Source of the DNA: Scenedesmus sp. PABB004
Taxonomy: Eukaryota
DNA length: 64,000 nt
NCBI GenBank assembly: GCA_014905635.1
Contig: CM026547.1
Coordinates: 4,340,001-4,404,000 of the forward strand
Direction: 5' to 3'
Shown piece by piece: positions 24,307 to 37,458 of this stretch. The first letter of the stretch is position 1, and each line of letters begins with the position of its first letter. The position numbers and the translations under genes are program-made. The notes beneath the pieces were generated by a model. That model saw nothing but the letters and a program-made list of their open reading frames with translations. It had not been told where the DNA came from and ran no database searches.

Positions 24307-27300
24307 ATGGAGCCCGGGCACGCGGGCGGCGGGGCGTGGGGGTACGGCCTGCCGGGCGCCGCCTCGCCGGGCGGCGGGGGCGCGGGCAGGCAGCAGCTGC
24401 TGCCTGGCCAGCCCGCGGCGCCGCGGGCGCTCCAGCAGGCCCCGGGCTGGCTGCAGGCGCAGGCGGTGCCGGGCGGCTACGTCCCGGGCCTCGCCGGCGG
24501 CGCAGCGGCGCAGTGGCCGGTCGGCGCGCTGCCGCTGCCGCTGCCGCTGCCGGGCGCGCCGGGCTGGGTGCCGTGGCCGCCGCTGCAGGCGGCGCCGGCG
24601 CCGCCGCGGCAGCACGCGCCGGCGCCGCGCGCGGCCAAGAAGCGCGCGGCGAAGCGGATCCAGCGCAGCAGCGAGCAGCAGCTGTCGCCGGCGTCGGCGC
24701 AGTGGCCGCTGTCGCCGTCGCTGTCGCAGCTGTCGCCGCAGCGGTACTCGCAGCAGCTGTCGCCGCAGCGGCACTCGCAGCCGCAGCAGCACTTCTCGCA
24801 GCCGCAGCAGCAGCAGCAGCACGCGCGCGCGCCGCCGCGCCCCGCCGCGCCCTCCCCGGCGGCCTCGAAGCTCGCGGTCGCCAAGCGGCTGGCGGAGGCG
24901 CAGCGCGCGGCCAAGGAGCTGGAGGTGCAGCAGCGGCGGCTGTGGGAGGAGGAGGAGCGGCTGCAGGCGGAGCTGCGCGAGCTGGCGGAGCGCCAGGTCG
25001 CGGAGGAGCAGCGGGAGCTGGAGGACGCGCGGCAGCGGGCGCTGGAGGACGCGCGGCAGCGGGCGCTGGAGGACGCGCGGCAGCGGGAGCAGGCCGAGCG
25101 GGCGCGGCGAGAGCAGGCGGAGCTGGCGCGGCAGCCGCCGCCGCAGCAGCCGCCGCCCGCCCACAGCGCTGCTTGCGCCCAGCGCCTGCAGCAGGAGCTG
25201 TTCCGCAAGCTGCTGCCGGTGCTGCAGAAGGCAGCCGGCCAGCTGCCGGCGCAGCTGCCGGCGCAGCTGCCGGCGGCACCGCAGGCGCTGCAGCCGCCCG
25301 CGACGCAGCCGCTCCCAGTGCCGGCGCTGGGCCAGCTGCCGCCGCAGCAGGTGCAGCAGCAGGGCCAGGGCGTGGCGGGGACGCAGCCCAGCCCGCTGCA
25401 GCAGCAGGGCAGCTCCCACGGCGACCTGCAATCACTGCTCGCGGCGTCGCCCGAGCAGGACAGCTGGCAGCCGCAGCCGGTGCTGCCCAGCGGCCTGCAG
25501 GGCGGGGCGGCGCCGCTGCAGCAGCTGCAGCTGCAGCACCTGCAGCAGCGCGCGGCGGCGCAGTGGCAGGGGGCCTGGCGCCGGCCGGGCGGCCGCAGCG
25601 TTTGGCCCCGAGCCAGGCGCTGCCCAGCAGCAGCGGCAGCCGCGCCGCGGCGCCAGCGCACAGGAGCGCGGGCCAGGACGAGGAGGAGGAGTGGGAGGAC
25701 GTCACTCCGCCGGCGGCGCAGCAGCAGGCTGCGCCTGGCGCGGGGGAGCAGCATGCAGCGCCGGGCTGGCCTGCGCCGCCCCCGCCGCAGCTGGGCGGCC
25801 GCCAGCAGCCACCTGAGAGCGCGTGCGGGGAGCCGCCGGAGCAAGCCTCGTTCACAGGCTGGGCCGCGCACGCGCCCGGTGCGCCGCTCGTGGAGCAGCA
25901 GCAGCAGCCTGCTGCAGGACCGCTGCTGTCGCTGATGCAGCGATTCGGGGAGCTGGCCCAGGTCGAGCAGCAGCAGCAGCAGCAGCAGGAGCAGGAGCAG
26001 CAGCAGCAGCAGCAGCAGCAGACCACGACAACGACATCGTCGCATCTGGGGCCAGCGGCGGACGCGTTCACGCCGCCGCCGCTGCAGCTGCTGCTGCAGC
26101 CGCAGCCGCAGTGGCCGCCTGGCCCGGAGCAGCTGCCGACGCCGGCGCCCGTCGAGGCGCGGCCTCTGGCAGCGCTGCAGCGACCCGGCGCGCCGGGCCA
26201 GCAGCTAGGCGCGCTGCTGGGGGGCCCGCACGCCGTGGGGGCAGCAGCGGCAGACGACGACGGGCTGGCGGAGGATGGCGAGCACCCAGCCATCAGGGCC
26301 CTGGTCAACTCCACGCTGTCGCTGTCAGTCATGCCGGCGTTTCGGCGGCAGCTGCGCGCCCTCGAGGCACAGAGCCCAGCCGACATCGGCCCCGCGCTGG
26401 GCTCGCTGGTCGGCAGCGCGACCAAGGTCGCGATGAGCCAGGCGGTGGCCGCGCTGCTGCCGCAGCTGCTGCCGCGGCTGCTGCCGCCGCAGGAGCTGCT
26501 GCTGCCGCGCGTGGGCAGCGGCGCCGGCGAGGCGCCCAGCCCCGAGGAGCCGGCGCTGCTGGCGCCGCTGGCGCCGGCGCCGCCGCAGCCGCAGGCGCCG
26601 CTTGCGCCGGCGCTCCAGCCGCAGGCGCAGCAGCCGCAGGCGCAGCAGCCGGCGCAGCCGCTTGCGCCGGCGCCCCTGTCGCAGGCGCAGCAGGCAGCGC
26701 CCAGCGACGCTGAGGAGCCGCCCTCCGCCTTTGCGGTGCACCAGGCGGCCCTGCCCGGCCTGGCGGGCGAGGACGAGCCCCTGCCGGCGCCGCCGCTGCG
26801 CCACGGCCGCGGCCTGCACGCGCTGCCGACGCGGCAGCAGCTGCTGCAGCTGCGCTCGTCGGTGCTGCCCGCGCTCTCGTCGCCGCGCGGCGCGCTCCTG
26901 CAGCTGCACCTCACCGAGAATGATTCGATCCTGCACATGCTGTCCGAGTTTATGCCCTCCCGCGACGTGAGCTGCGGCCTCGCGGCCGGCGGCGCGGCGC
27001 CCGCGCCCGCGCCCGTGCCCGCCGGTGCGCCCGTGCTCAGCAGCGCGGGCGCCGCCGCCGCGTTTGCCGCCGCCACGCGTGCGGCGGAGGTCGGCGGCGC
27101 GGCAGGCAGCGCGGTGCAGCAGCGGCCGCCGCGGGGCGGCGCCGTCGCGGCGCCGCCGCCTCTTGCGGCGCCGCCGCCCCTCGCGGCGCAGCCGTCGGCG
27201 TCGGAGGCCTCCGTGTCGGCGCCGCGCTCAGGCGCTGCCAGCCACGGCCCCCGCCGCTCGCCGCCGACCAGCAGCGGCGACGCGAGCAAGGGCCTGAGCA

Positions 27301-28404
27301 GCCAGGACCACGCGCTCAACAACAGCGCGCAGCAGGCAGCCGCGGCGGCTGGCGGCGCGCGCACCCGCAGCCGCGGCCACGCAGCGGCGCCCGAGGGCGC
27401 GGCGACAGACTCCGAGGCGACCATTTCGGAGCCGGCCGGCGACGCGGAGGTCGCTGGGCGGCAGCCGCCGGCGGAGCGGCCCGTGGAGGCGCGGCAGCCG
27501 CTGCCGCAGCAGGAGGTGCAGGCGGAGGAGCCGCCGCCGCCGCCGCTGTCGCCGGCGCAGACGCCGCCGCTGCCGCCGCCTCAGCAGGCGGAGGAGCCGC
27601 CGTCACCGGTGCAGCAGCAGCAGCAGCAGCAGGAGCAGCAGTCCTCGCAGCAGCAGCAGCAGCAGCAGCAGCAGCTGCAGTATTCGCAGCAGCAGCCGCC
27701 GTCGCAGCAGCAGCAGCAGTCGCCGCCCCAGCACGCGGAGCTGCCACCCCCGTCGCCGGTGCAGCCGCAGGAGCTGCCGCCCCCATCGCCGGTGCAGCCG
27801 CAGGAGCGGCCGCGCCCGGCGCCGCGCGGCAAGGCAGTCGCCGCCGCCAAGGCCGCCCGGCTGGCGGGCAAGCAGGGCGCCGCCGCGGCCGCCGGCGTCG
27901 CCGCGCTGACCAAGCGGCGGCCGGGCGCGCGCGGCGGCGGCGCCGCCGCCGCCTGCCCCCGCCGGCGACGAGCCTGGCATCGACGTCCGGGACTGGGTGC
28001 CGCCGTTCTGCGTCAGGGCGGGCGCCGAGGCCGACGCCGGGGCGACGCGGTGGTACCTCCCCCGGCGCCGCGGCGTCGCCACCTATCTCCGCGTCTGGCC
28101 GCCGCTCGACGCCGCGCCCGGCCGGCGCCAGCGGCTGCGCGACACGTCTGACGTGCTGCGGGCGGGCCCGCGCGCGGCGCCGGCACGGGCGCGGTCGCCG
28201 GAGCCTGAGCAGGAGCCGCGGCAGCCGCCGCCCGGGGGCGCAAGGCCCGCGCGGCGCGCGCCGCCGCGCGCACGCCCGCAGCCGGGGGCGCCGGCGGCGC
28301 CGGCGGCGCGCCCCAGGCGAGCGCGAGCAGCCAGCCGCCGCCCTCCCAGCAAGACGCGCCGCGGCGGCGGCTGCACCTGCGGCTCAAGGGGCAGGGCACG
28401 CCAA

Positions 28405-28444
<40 letters not shown>

Positions 28445-29685
28445 CGCTGCAGCGCCCGAGCTGCCGCCCGAGCGGCCGCAGCAGCAGGCGGCGGCGGGCG
28501 CGGCGGGCCCGGGCGGCGGGTGCGCGCGCGCGCTGCCGTACCAGCGGTGGGCGGCTGAGGAGGGCGTGCTGCCCGGCCAGCCGGCGCACGCCGCCGCGGC
28601 CCGGCCGGGCAAGCCGCCGCCGCTGGTCGACTGCGCGCGGCCGGGCAAGCGGCCGCGCTGGTGCCCGCCCGCGGCGTGGACCAGCCTCGCTGTCGCGGCC
28701 GCGGCGACGTGCAGCCGGTCCGAGGCGGCCGCTGCGGCGGCGGCCGCGGCCGTCGAGGCGGACGAGCCCGCCGCGCACGAGTCGGACGACGGCAGCGCGG
28801 GCCCGCCAGCCGCCGGCGCGCGCGCCCGCAAGCGCCGCCGCCGCCAGGTGTTGGCCGACTCGGACGACGACGCGGCCGCCTCCAACGACGCGGCCGGCCC
28901 GCCGCCCGCCGCCGGCGGCGGCGGCGGCGAGCCCCGCGGCGCGCCCGCCGGCGCCCGCGTCGTGGTGCGGCGCTCGCGCATCGCCGGCCTGGGCCTCTAC
29001 GCCTCCGCCGCCTTTGCGCCGGGCGACGCGGTCGCGGCGTTCAGCGGCGAGCTGCTGCGCCGCGCGGTCGCGGACGTGCGGGACACGCGCTACCAGGCGG
29101 CCGGGCTGGGCGTGTATGTGTTTGGCGTCGGCGGCGGCCGCGTGCTCGACGCCACGCGCCGCGGCGGCGCCGCGCGCTTCGCCAACCACTCGTGCGCGTG
29201 CGTGCCGCGCGCGGCGGCGGCGCGGGAGGGGCCCGCTTGGGGGGGGGGGGGGCGAGCGCACGGCCACTGCCGCGCGGGGCGCGCGCGAGCCCGGCGCCGC
29301 CCGCCCGCCGCGACCCGGCCGCCCGCGCCCGCGCAGGCCCAACTGCGAGGTGCGCGTGTCGCCGCCCGGCGGCCGGCCCACGGTGGAGCTCCGCGCGCTG
29401 CGCAGCATCGCGCCGGGCGAGGAGCTGAGGTGCGCGCCGCGGCCAAGGCTGCCACCCGGCTGCGCGCGCTGCAGCGCCGCTCGCGGCCGCCGCGCGGCGC
29501 TCACGCGTGCCGCACGTCGTGTGCCCGCCCCACACGCCCGCCGCAGCTACGACTACGGCCTGTCCAGCCCCGTGCCCGGCGGCGAGGGGCTGCGCGGCGC
29601 CGCGCTGCAGGAGCTGGCGGCGCGGGCGGGCGTGGCGCTCATGCGCTGCAGCTGCGGCGCGGCGAGCTGCCGCGGCTTTGTGTGA
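24307..29685 (+). CDS. SET + post-SET histone-lysine methyltransferase (SET1/trithorax-like C-terminus) with a long Q/P-rich N-terminus and apparent 1-nt frameshifts
   Basis: VRRSRIAGLGLYA...FSGELLR...YVFGVGGGRVLDATRRGGAARFANHSCA/PNCE...LRALRSIAPGEELSYDY...CSCGAASCRGFV. The upstream low-complexity region joins only through frame changes at G-runs, so the start is less certain. Confidence 0.75.
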
Positions 29686-29785
29686 GCGCGCTTTGTGTGA
29701 GCGCGCGCCGGTGGGCGCCGAGCCGCGTCCTAGGTTTCGGGGCGCACGCGCCCGCGTCCGAGCGAGTGCCGGTTATAACCCTGCT

Positions 29786-32700
29786 TCATGAGCTCAGCTC
29801 CAGCGCGTGCTGCAGCGCCGACATGCCTAGCAGCCCGCCGCCGCTGCCGGCGCTGCTGGCCGACACGGCACCCGCCGCCGCAGCCGCTGCCTCGGTCCCG
29901 CACGCGCCGCCGCCGCAGCGCGGCGCCGCGCCGCCGACCCGCCCCGTGCCGGCGCGCCGCTCCGGCATCGCCACGCGCGTGAGCAGCACCGGCCGCGCGC
30001 AGCTCGCGCCGCCTCCGGACGTCGGCGAGGCTGCCGCCGCGCCGTTGTGGCCGGCCATCTGGAAGCTCGGCGCGCAGCAGCGCCCGCTCAGGCGGTGGCA
30101 ACTCTCGACGTTGACCTGCAGCAGCGCGGGGCTGGCCTCCAGCAGCGCGCGAACGCCGCCGTCCGTGACGCGCCAGCAGCCGCGAAGGTCGGTGGACGCG
30201 AGCGCGGGCGCCGCGGCGATCGCGGCGAGCCCGGCGTCGTCTACCTCGCTGCACAGCGCCAGGCCCAGGTGGCGCAGGTGGCGCAGCGCCGGGAACAGCG
30301 CGGCCACGCCGTCGCTGGTGACGCGCCGGGCGCTAGCCAGGTCGAGCGAGCGCAGCGCGCTCAGGCGCGCCAGCGCGGCCACGCCGGCGTCGCCGACGCC
30401 CTTGCAGCCCGGCAGCAGCAGCTCCTGCACCCCCGGGCACGCCGCCGCGGCCGCGGCGAGGCCCGCGTCGTCCAGGCCGGTGCAGCCGGCGAGCGCGAGC
30501 CGCGTCACGCCCGGCGCGCAGCGCCAGGCGGCAAAGCCCGCGCCGCTGAACGCGCGGCAGGCGGTGAACTCCACGCTCTCCAGCGCGGGCAGGCCGCCCA
30601 GCTCGGCCAGCACCGTGTCGTCCAGCCAGGGCGAAAACGTGACCGACACCCGCCGCAGCTGGCGCAGGCCGCGCAGCCAGCCGCACTGCGCCGCGGGCAG
30701 CTGCGCGTGCACCTGCGGCCGCGCCGCGCCCGGGTGCGCCGCCGCGCACAGGTCGGCGGAGCCGGTGCAGCCGGCAAAGAGGGCGCGCCGCACCGCCGCC
30801 GCATGCGGACCACCGCCCGCGCCGTGGCTGGCGCATCTCGGCTGCCACGCGCCGCCCCCGCCGCCGGGCAGCAGCGCCGCCACGCCCACTTGCGCCCCGC
30901 GCGTGAGGCGCGCAGGCGCGAGCGCCGGGCTGCTGCTGCAGCCGCCACCGCCGCTGACACAGCTGCAGCTGCCGCTCCTGCTGCTGCACTCGCTGCTGCA
31001 CTCGGGCGGCAGGCTGCAGCCGCCACTCCAGGCGCGCCCGGCCGCGGCGTCCCCGCCCTCGGCCCCGCCGCGCGCCTCCGGCTCGCCAGGCCCCGGCTCG
31101 TCGCTGGGGCAGGCGCCCGCCACCTGGTCCAGCCGCAGCTCGGTAAGCGCGGTGAGGCAGGCGATGAAGCCCAGTGAGGCGCCCGGGATCCGCCCCGACG
31201 CCGCAGAGAGGTCCAGCGCCCGCAGGTCGCCGAGCCCCGCCAGGTGGGCCAGCGCAGTGCCGCGCGCGCCAAAGCCCGGCACGGCGCAGCGCGACAGGTC
31301 CACGCGCGTGAGCCCGCGCGGCGTGGCGGCGAGCAGCGCGGCCAGCATCTCTTCGCTGCAGCTGAGGTGAGGCAGCGCGAGGTGCGCCAGCCGCGGCGGC
31401 AGCAGCGGGCCGGCCGCGGCGCCCGCCTGCTGCGCGACGGCCGCGGCGGTGCCGCCGCCCGCCGCCTGCGGCGCCGCGCCGGCAGCGTGGACGCCGCCCC
31501 TGAGCCGCCAGTGGCCGCCCAGCAGCTGCGTGAGCTGCGCCGCGCCCGCCAGCGCACGCAGCGCCTCGCCACCGGCGACCGCGGGGCAGCCCGACGCGTC
31601 GAGTCGTTGCAGCGACGGCAGCTCCGCCAGCGCCGCCAGGCTGCCGGCGCTCACGCCCTGGCAGCAGGCCAGGCTGAGGCCCTCCAGCGCGCGCAGGCCG
31701 CCGGCGCGGCACGCGTCTGCGAGGCAGTCACCCGACAGGCCGCTGCAGGCCTGCAGGCTGAGGCTGCGCAGCGCCGGCAGGCGCGGCAGCAGCGCCGCGA
31801 GCTGCGCGTCCTGCAGCTGGCTGCAGCCCCGCAGGCTGAGCTCCGTGAGCGCGCCGAGCCGGGCCACCACGCCGCACGCGCCGGCGCCGATTTTCATGCA
31901 GTTTGCCAGGCGCAGCACGCGCAGGCTCGTCAGGCCCGACAGGTGGCGGACGCCTGCGGCCCGGCCGGCGGCGGCGTCAGGCACGCCGGCGGCATGCTAG
32001 CGGGGCACGGTGGGCGCGCGCCGCCGGACGCCCTCCCGCCTCCTCCCCCGTGCACACGCGCACCTGCGTCGGTGAGCTCGATGCAGCCACTGAGGTCGAG
32101 CTCCTGCAGCTGCCCGTGCGGCCCCAGCACGGCGCCCAGGCCGTCGAGGGCGCTGTCAGACAGGAAGGACAGGCCCGCCTGGTCGCCAAGCACCAGCGCC
32201 GTCAGCCCCGCGCCCGGGCCGGCGGCCAAGAAGTCGCGCAGCGCGGCCGCGTCGCCGGCGGCAAACGCCAGCCCCACCAGCGACAGCCGGCGCAGCTGCG
32301 TGAGCGAGTGCCAGCCGGCGAGCACGCTCAGCCGGACCTGTGGTAGTGGGGGCGGGAGGGGCGGTCAGGGGCCGCGCGGCAAGGTCAGCTGCAGCCCGCC
32401 GCCGCCGGCTGCAGCCGGTCGCTCGCTGGTCTGCGCTTACCTTGCTGGTCTTGCACACGGTCAGCTCCTGCAGCCGCTTGAGGCCGCCCACCCAGGCGAG
32501 GTGGTGGGCGCGGAGGGCTGCGCCGGCCGGCCCGCCAACCGAGAGCGAAGTGAGCGCTGTCAGCCCGCTGCACGCCGCACCCAGCGCGGCCGGCGGCGCG
32601 GCCTGGAGGCGGTGCAGGTGCAGCTCCTTCAGCCCCGGCAGCGCCCTGCAGGCAGCGCAGGCAGCCCAGGCAGCCCAGGGCGGCGCGGCGAGACGTCAGT

Positions 32701-33010
32701 TACGGCGGGCACGCGCCGCCGGGACAGCGCCGGCGCGGGCGCGGCAATTCTGGCGCCGGCGCGGCCTGTCGCGGGACGCCGCGCGTCCTGTCGCGACGCC
32801 CGACTGATGCTGCCGCACCCACCGCTCGCGCAGGAGAAGCGGGGAGCCCAGGGAGAGCGGCGCGAGCCGCCGCAGCCCCGCGTCCGTCGCTGCACGCCAG
32901 CAACGCGAGGCAGCCCGCAGCGCAGCAACATCTGCGGGATCCAGCGCAACGTGCACGCGCTCGGCGACGTCCGCGTGGACGTCCGGCGATTGCGGCGGGG
33001 AGCCCGGCAT
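29786..33010 (-). CDS. F-box/LRR (AMN1/FBXL-type) protein, multi-exon
   Basis: F-box-like MPGSPPQSPDVHADVAERVHVALDPADVAALRAASRCWR. Cysteine-containing LRRs include LQELDLSGCIELTD, LTELSLRGCSQLQD, LLLPGCKGVGD, LGLALCSEVDD and TDLRGCWRVTD. Confidence 0.85.
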
Positions 33011-33218
33011 CGCGCCAGAGTGGGCGTGGCGGGCGGGGGGCGCGCGTTACTGCTCGATCTCGCCAGTGGGAACGCTGGGGGGCCGCGCGGTGGGCTGCGG
33101 TGGGCTGGTTGGGAGCGGCAGGCTCGGTCAAAGCGACGCTGTTTCTGCGGCGGCCGCGAGGTTTCAACCGTCGAGGCCGCCATAGCTCGCCTGATTACCG
33201 CCAGACCACGCAAGCAGC

Positions 33219-36200
33219 TCACGGCGCGGTCGCGGCGGCGGCAGCGGCGCCCGCGCTGAGCGCGGCGCGCAGGCCCGCACGCAGCGAGTCGGCCTCCTCC
33301 GCGCCGCCGCTGGCGCCGGCGCCTCCGCTGGCGCCGGGGGACTCGCGCTGCGCCTCGCCGCCGCGGGCCTGCCCCGGCCGCCAGGTGTCCGCCTGCGGCG
33401 CGCCGCTCCCGCCGCCGCCGCCGCTCGCGGACCCGCCGCCGCCGCCGCCGCGCCGGGCGCCGCCGTCGCCCGCCCAGCGCGCGAGGGCCGTCAGGCCCAG
33501 GCCCTGCGCCTCGTTCGCCTCGCGCACGAGCTGGCGCAGCCGGTTGTCGCGCTCGTCGCCCGCGAGCCGCCACGCGCGCGCCGCGACGCCGCGCTCGGCG
33601 CGCACGCCCGCCGACAGCATGCGGTGCAGCGCGCCCGCGGCGCCGCGCGCGTCGCCCGCGCGCACCGCCGTCGAGAGCAGCAGGTTCCAGCTCGTGCCGT
33701 CGGGCGGCACGCCCTTGCTGGCCATGTACGCGATCAGGCCCTCCACCGCGGCCACCTTGGCCGCGCGCTCGCAGGACTCGATCACCGCATTGTACGCGTC
33801 CGCGTCGGGCGCGAGGCCCCACCCGCCGTAGCTCTCAAACACCTTGCCCGCCGCCTCGGTCGCGCCGAGGCGCGCGACCGCGCGCATGACCACGTTCATC
33901 ATGCCCACGCTCACGCCCCGCCCGCCGTCCTGCGAGCCAGACAGCGGCGGCGGCGGCGGGCGCGGCGGCGGCGGCGAGCGCGCGTCGGCGCGCGCCGGCG
34001 GGGCCGGCCGCCGCCGCCCCTGCCGCGCGCGCATGGCCGCGGGTGCCGGCCCCCGCGCGCACCTTGCGGGCCTTGAGCTGCGCAAACGCGGCGGCCATGT
34101 CCTCCTCGCGCTCCAGGGCGAGCGGGAAGAAGGCGAGGCCGCCGTACACGCTCGCCGCGCGGCCGCCGCCGCCGTGCGCCGCCTCGAGCGACGCGACCGC
34201 CTCCAGCGCCTTGCCCCACTGCTGGCAGTCCACGTACGCGCGCACGAGCGCGAGGTGCGCCTCCGCGCTCGGCCGGCCGCTGGCGCCGCCGCCGGTGGCG
34301 GCGGCGCCGCCGGCGTCGCGCCCATGGTGCGCGGGCGGGTCGCGCGGGTCGCGCGCCGCCGGCCGCCCCGGGTCGCGCGCCGCGTCGGCGGCGAGGCGCT
34401 CCCAGGTCGTGGCGATGAGGGCAGTGTCCCCGGCACGCCCCGCGGCGCGCAGCACGGGCAGCAGCTCGGCCTCGTGGTACACCAGCGCCTGCCCGCCCTG
34501 CGCCGGCGCGAGCAACGCCGGCGGCGGTGAGGGCGCACGCGCGCGCGCCCCGCGTCCGCGCCCAGCCGGCGGCGCCGCGCGGCCCCGCGCCGCGCGCGTT
34601 CCCCGCGCGCGTGCCGCGCGCCGCACCCGCTGCGCGGTGAGGTGCGCGTCCGCCGCGCGCATGAGCACGCGCACGACGTCCAGCCGCCCCGCATCCGCCG
34701 CGGCAAAGGTCAGGCCCAGAAAGTTGGCGGGCAGGACGGGCACCAGGCTCTGCGCGGCGGGCGGCCGCGCGAGCGCACGTCAGCGCCGCGCGCGCACTGG
34801 CCGAGGGGACGCGCAGCGCCGTCGCCGCCGGCCGAGCGGCCCCGCCCGCCGCCCCGCCGCGTCCGCCGCATGCGCGCGCACACGCGCTGACGCAGCCCAC
34901 ACACGCCCACGCCCTTGTGCAAGCGCCACGCACCTCATTGTTTATAAGTTCCTGAAGCCAGAACAGCGCGCGGTCCCACGCGCCCGCCGCCGCGGCGCCG
35001 CGCGTGAGCGCGCGGTACATGCCCGCCAGCTTGGCCCGGTAGTCCTGCGCCCGGAACGGCACGACGCGGCCCGGGAACACGCGCGCCAGCCTGCGCGCGC
35101 GGCGCGCGGGGCAGGGGCGCGGGGCGAGTCGGCGCGGGCGCGCGGCGCGGGGCGCGCGTTGCAGCAGGGGCGCGGCGCGGCGCAGCGCGGCGGCCTCACT
35201 CGTCGGCGGCCTCAAAGTCCTCCGCAGCGAGCGCCGCCTGCGTCGCGGCGACGTGCAGGCGGTAGTGCCGCGCCATGTTGGACGGCGGCGTGGTGTCGCG
35301 GAGCTGCCGGAACACCGCGAGCGCCTGCGGGCGCGGACGCGGACGCACCGGCGCGTGGGCGCGGGCAGGACGGGCCGCGGGCGCAGCGAGCTGGCGAGGC
35401 CGCGCGCGCGCGGCGCGCGCAGGCGGGCCCTGCTGCCGGCCGCGCCTTGTGCGGGTGCCCCTCCGCCACATATGCCGACATCAGGGCCAGCATCACCGGG
35501 AAGGCGTGCGCCCGCACGCTCGCGTAACCCAGCAGCGCCGCCGCGCGCTCCGCGCGCGCCACGGTGCACGCGCCCGCGGGCCGGAACGTGTCGGCGGCGG
35601 CCCGCCCCCGCGCGGCGCCGGCGGCGCGCAGCCACGCGCCGCGCTCGGAGCGCGTCTGGCTCTCCGCAAGGCTGCGCGCGCGCGCGGCGGCGGGGCGGGG
35701 CGGGGCGGCGGGCGGTTGAGCGGGCGCGGCACGCGCGTGGGGGGGGGGGGGGGGGTTGAGCGGGCGCGGCACGCGGCGCGGTGGCAGCGCAGCAGTGCGG
35801 CAGCGCGCTCACAAGACCAGGGCGCGGCAGTACACGGCCAGGGTGTCGTGATCCGGCCAGTACTGGCGCGGCAGCACGTCTTCCGGCCGTGCCGCGCGGC
35901 CGCCGCCGCGCGCGGCGCCGCCCGCGCCCGCCGCGGCCGCGCCTGCGCCCTCCGTGTCCTCCGCGCCGGGCGCCGCCGGCGCCGCCGCCGCGCCCGGCTC
36001 GCTGCCGTCGCCGTCGCGGGCCGCCGCCGCCGGCGCCGCCGGCTGCTGCCGCGCGGCGGCGGCGGCCGCCGCCTCGGCCAGGCCCTTCTCCAGGAGGGAG
36101 TCGAAGAGCGCGACCACGCGCTCATAGTCGCCGGCGGCCGCCGCGGTGTGCATCTGGGTGTTGAGGTTGACGATGCCCGGCTCCCCGCTCTCCTTGACCA

Positions 36201-37196
36201 GGTGCGCCGCGCTGAGCTGCGGCCGCGTCACAAACTCCACGCGCAGCGGCTGCGGCCCCTGCTGCGCGCCGCGCTGCTGCTGGTCCTGCTGCTGCCGCGG
36301 CCGCGCCTTGGCGCCGGCTTGCCGACCGCCGCCCGCGTCCGCTGGCCGCGCGCCGTCCAGCTGCTTGGCGCCGGGGCCGGCGCGACCCGCCTGCTGCGGC
36401 GCGCCCTCGGCCCCCGCCTCCGGGCCCGTGCTGAACGCGCGCGACGGGCTCCTGTCGCGGCCGCCGCCGCCGCTCCCGCCGCCGCCTCCGCCGCCACGTC
36501 CGCCGCCGCTCGGCAGCGCGGCGGCGCCCCTCACGGGCGCGACGGCGAGCTGCAGCTGTCGCGCGTTGCTGAACGTGTACGCGCCGGCCGACGGCGCGTG
36601 CTGGAGGCCGTAGAAGTTGAACTGCGCGTCCCGCACCGCCGCACGCGCCTCGGGGGCGAGCGCGGTGTACGCCTCCGCCGGCACCCACAGCCCCGCGGCG
36701 CGCAGCTGCTCCACGCGCTCCGCCATCGTCAGCCACGCCCTCCGCCGCCCTGGCCCTGAGGCTGCGCCACCGCCGGCTGGCGGTGCCGGAGACGCTGCTG
36801 CTGCTACTCCGGCGGCGCCGAGCGGCGGCGCGGCCTGCGGGCGCGGGCGGCGGCCGCGCGTGGGCAGCAGCGGCAGCGGCGGCCGATCGCCGCGCGGCCG
36901 TGCCGGCATGGGGCGGGCTGCGGCCTCCTTCGGCCCGAATTATGCGACCCGGCCCGTCCGCGCCCGCCGCTGCGGCCTGCCAGCGCGCCCTCGCGGCGCG
37001 CGGCCGGCCACCCACGCACCGCATCGGCTGCGCCGCTCGCGCGGCGCGCCTGGCGCCCCAGGCTGGACGTCAGCGCCGACGTCGCACCGCCCAGAGCGCG
37101 GAGCGCCGCGCCCGCGGGCGCCTGCGCGCCCAGCGCGGCGCCGGCGTGCGCGCTCGCGAGCGAGGCCAGCTGCTGCTGCGCCGTCGAAAGCGCCAT
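33219..37196 (-). CDS. Pentatricopeptide-repeat (PPR) protein, probably organelle-targeted, multi-exon
   Basis: PPR motifs VSVGMMNVVMRAVARLGATEAAGKVFESYGGWGLAPDADAYNAVIESCERAAKVAAVEGLIAYMASKGVPPDGTSWNLLLSTAVRAGD. The start at 37196 (MALSTAQQQL) is inferred; an alternative is 36726. Confidence 0.85.
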
Positions 37197-37458
37197 GCCG
37201 GCGGCCGCCCCGAGCCGTGTGCCCCTGATCACAGTCCCTCGAGCGCGGCGCGGCTCGCTGAAGAACGCGCCGCTGCTTCGCCGCTGCCGCCGGCCGCCGC
37301 TGCTGCCGCTGCCGCGCGCCCGCCACTCGCGCGCTGGGATCGTGACGGGAGCGCTGTGCGGGCGGGCCGCCGCACTGCCAAGGAGGGCTCGCCGCTGCGC
37401 GTCGCCGCCGCAAAAGCCCGCCGTTGCACCGCAGCAGCGCGCGCCGCCGCGCGGCGCG

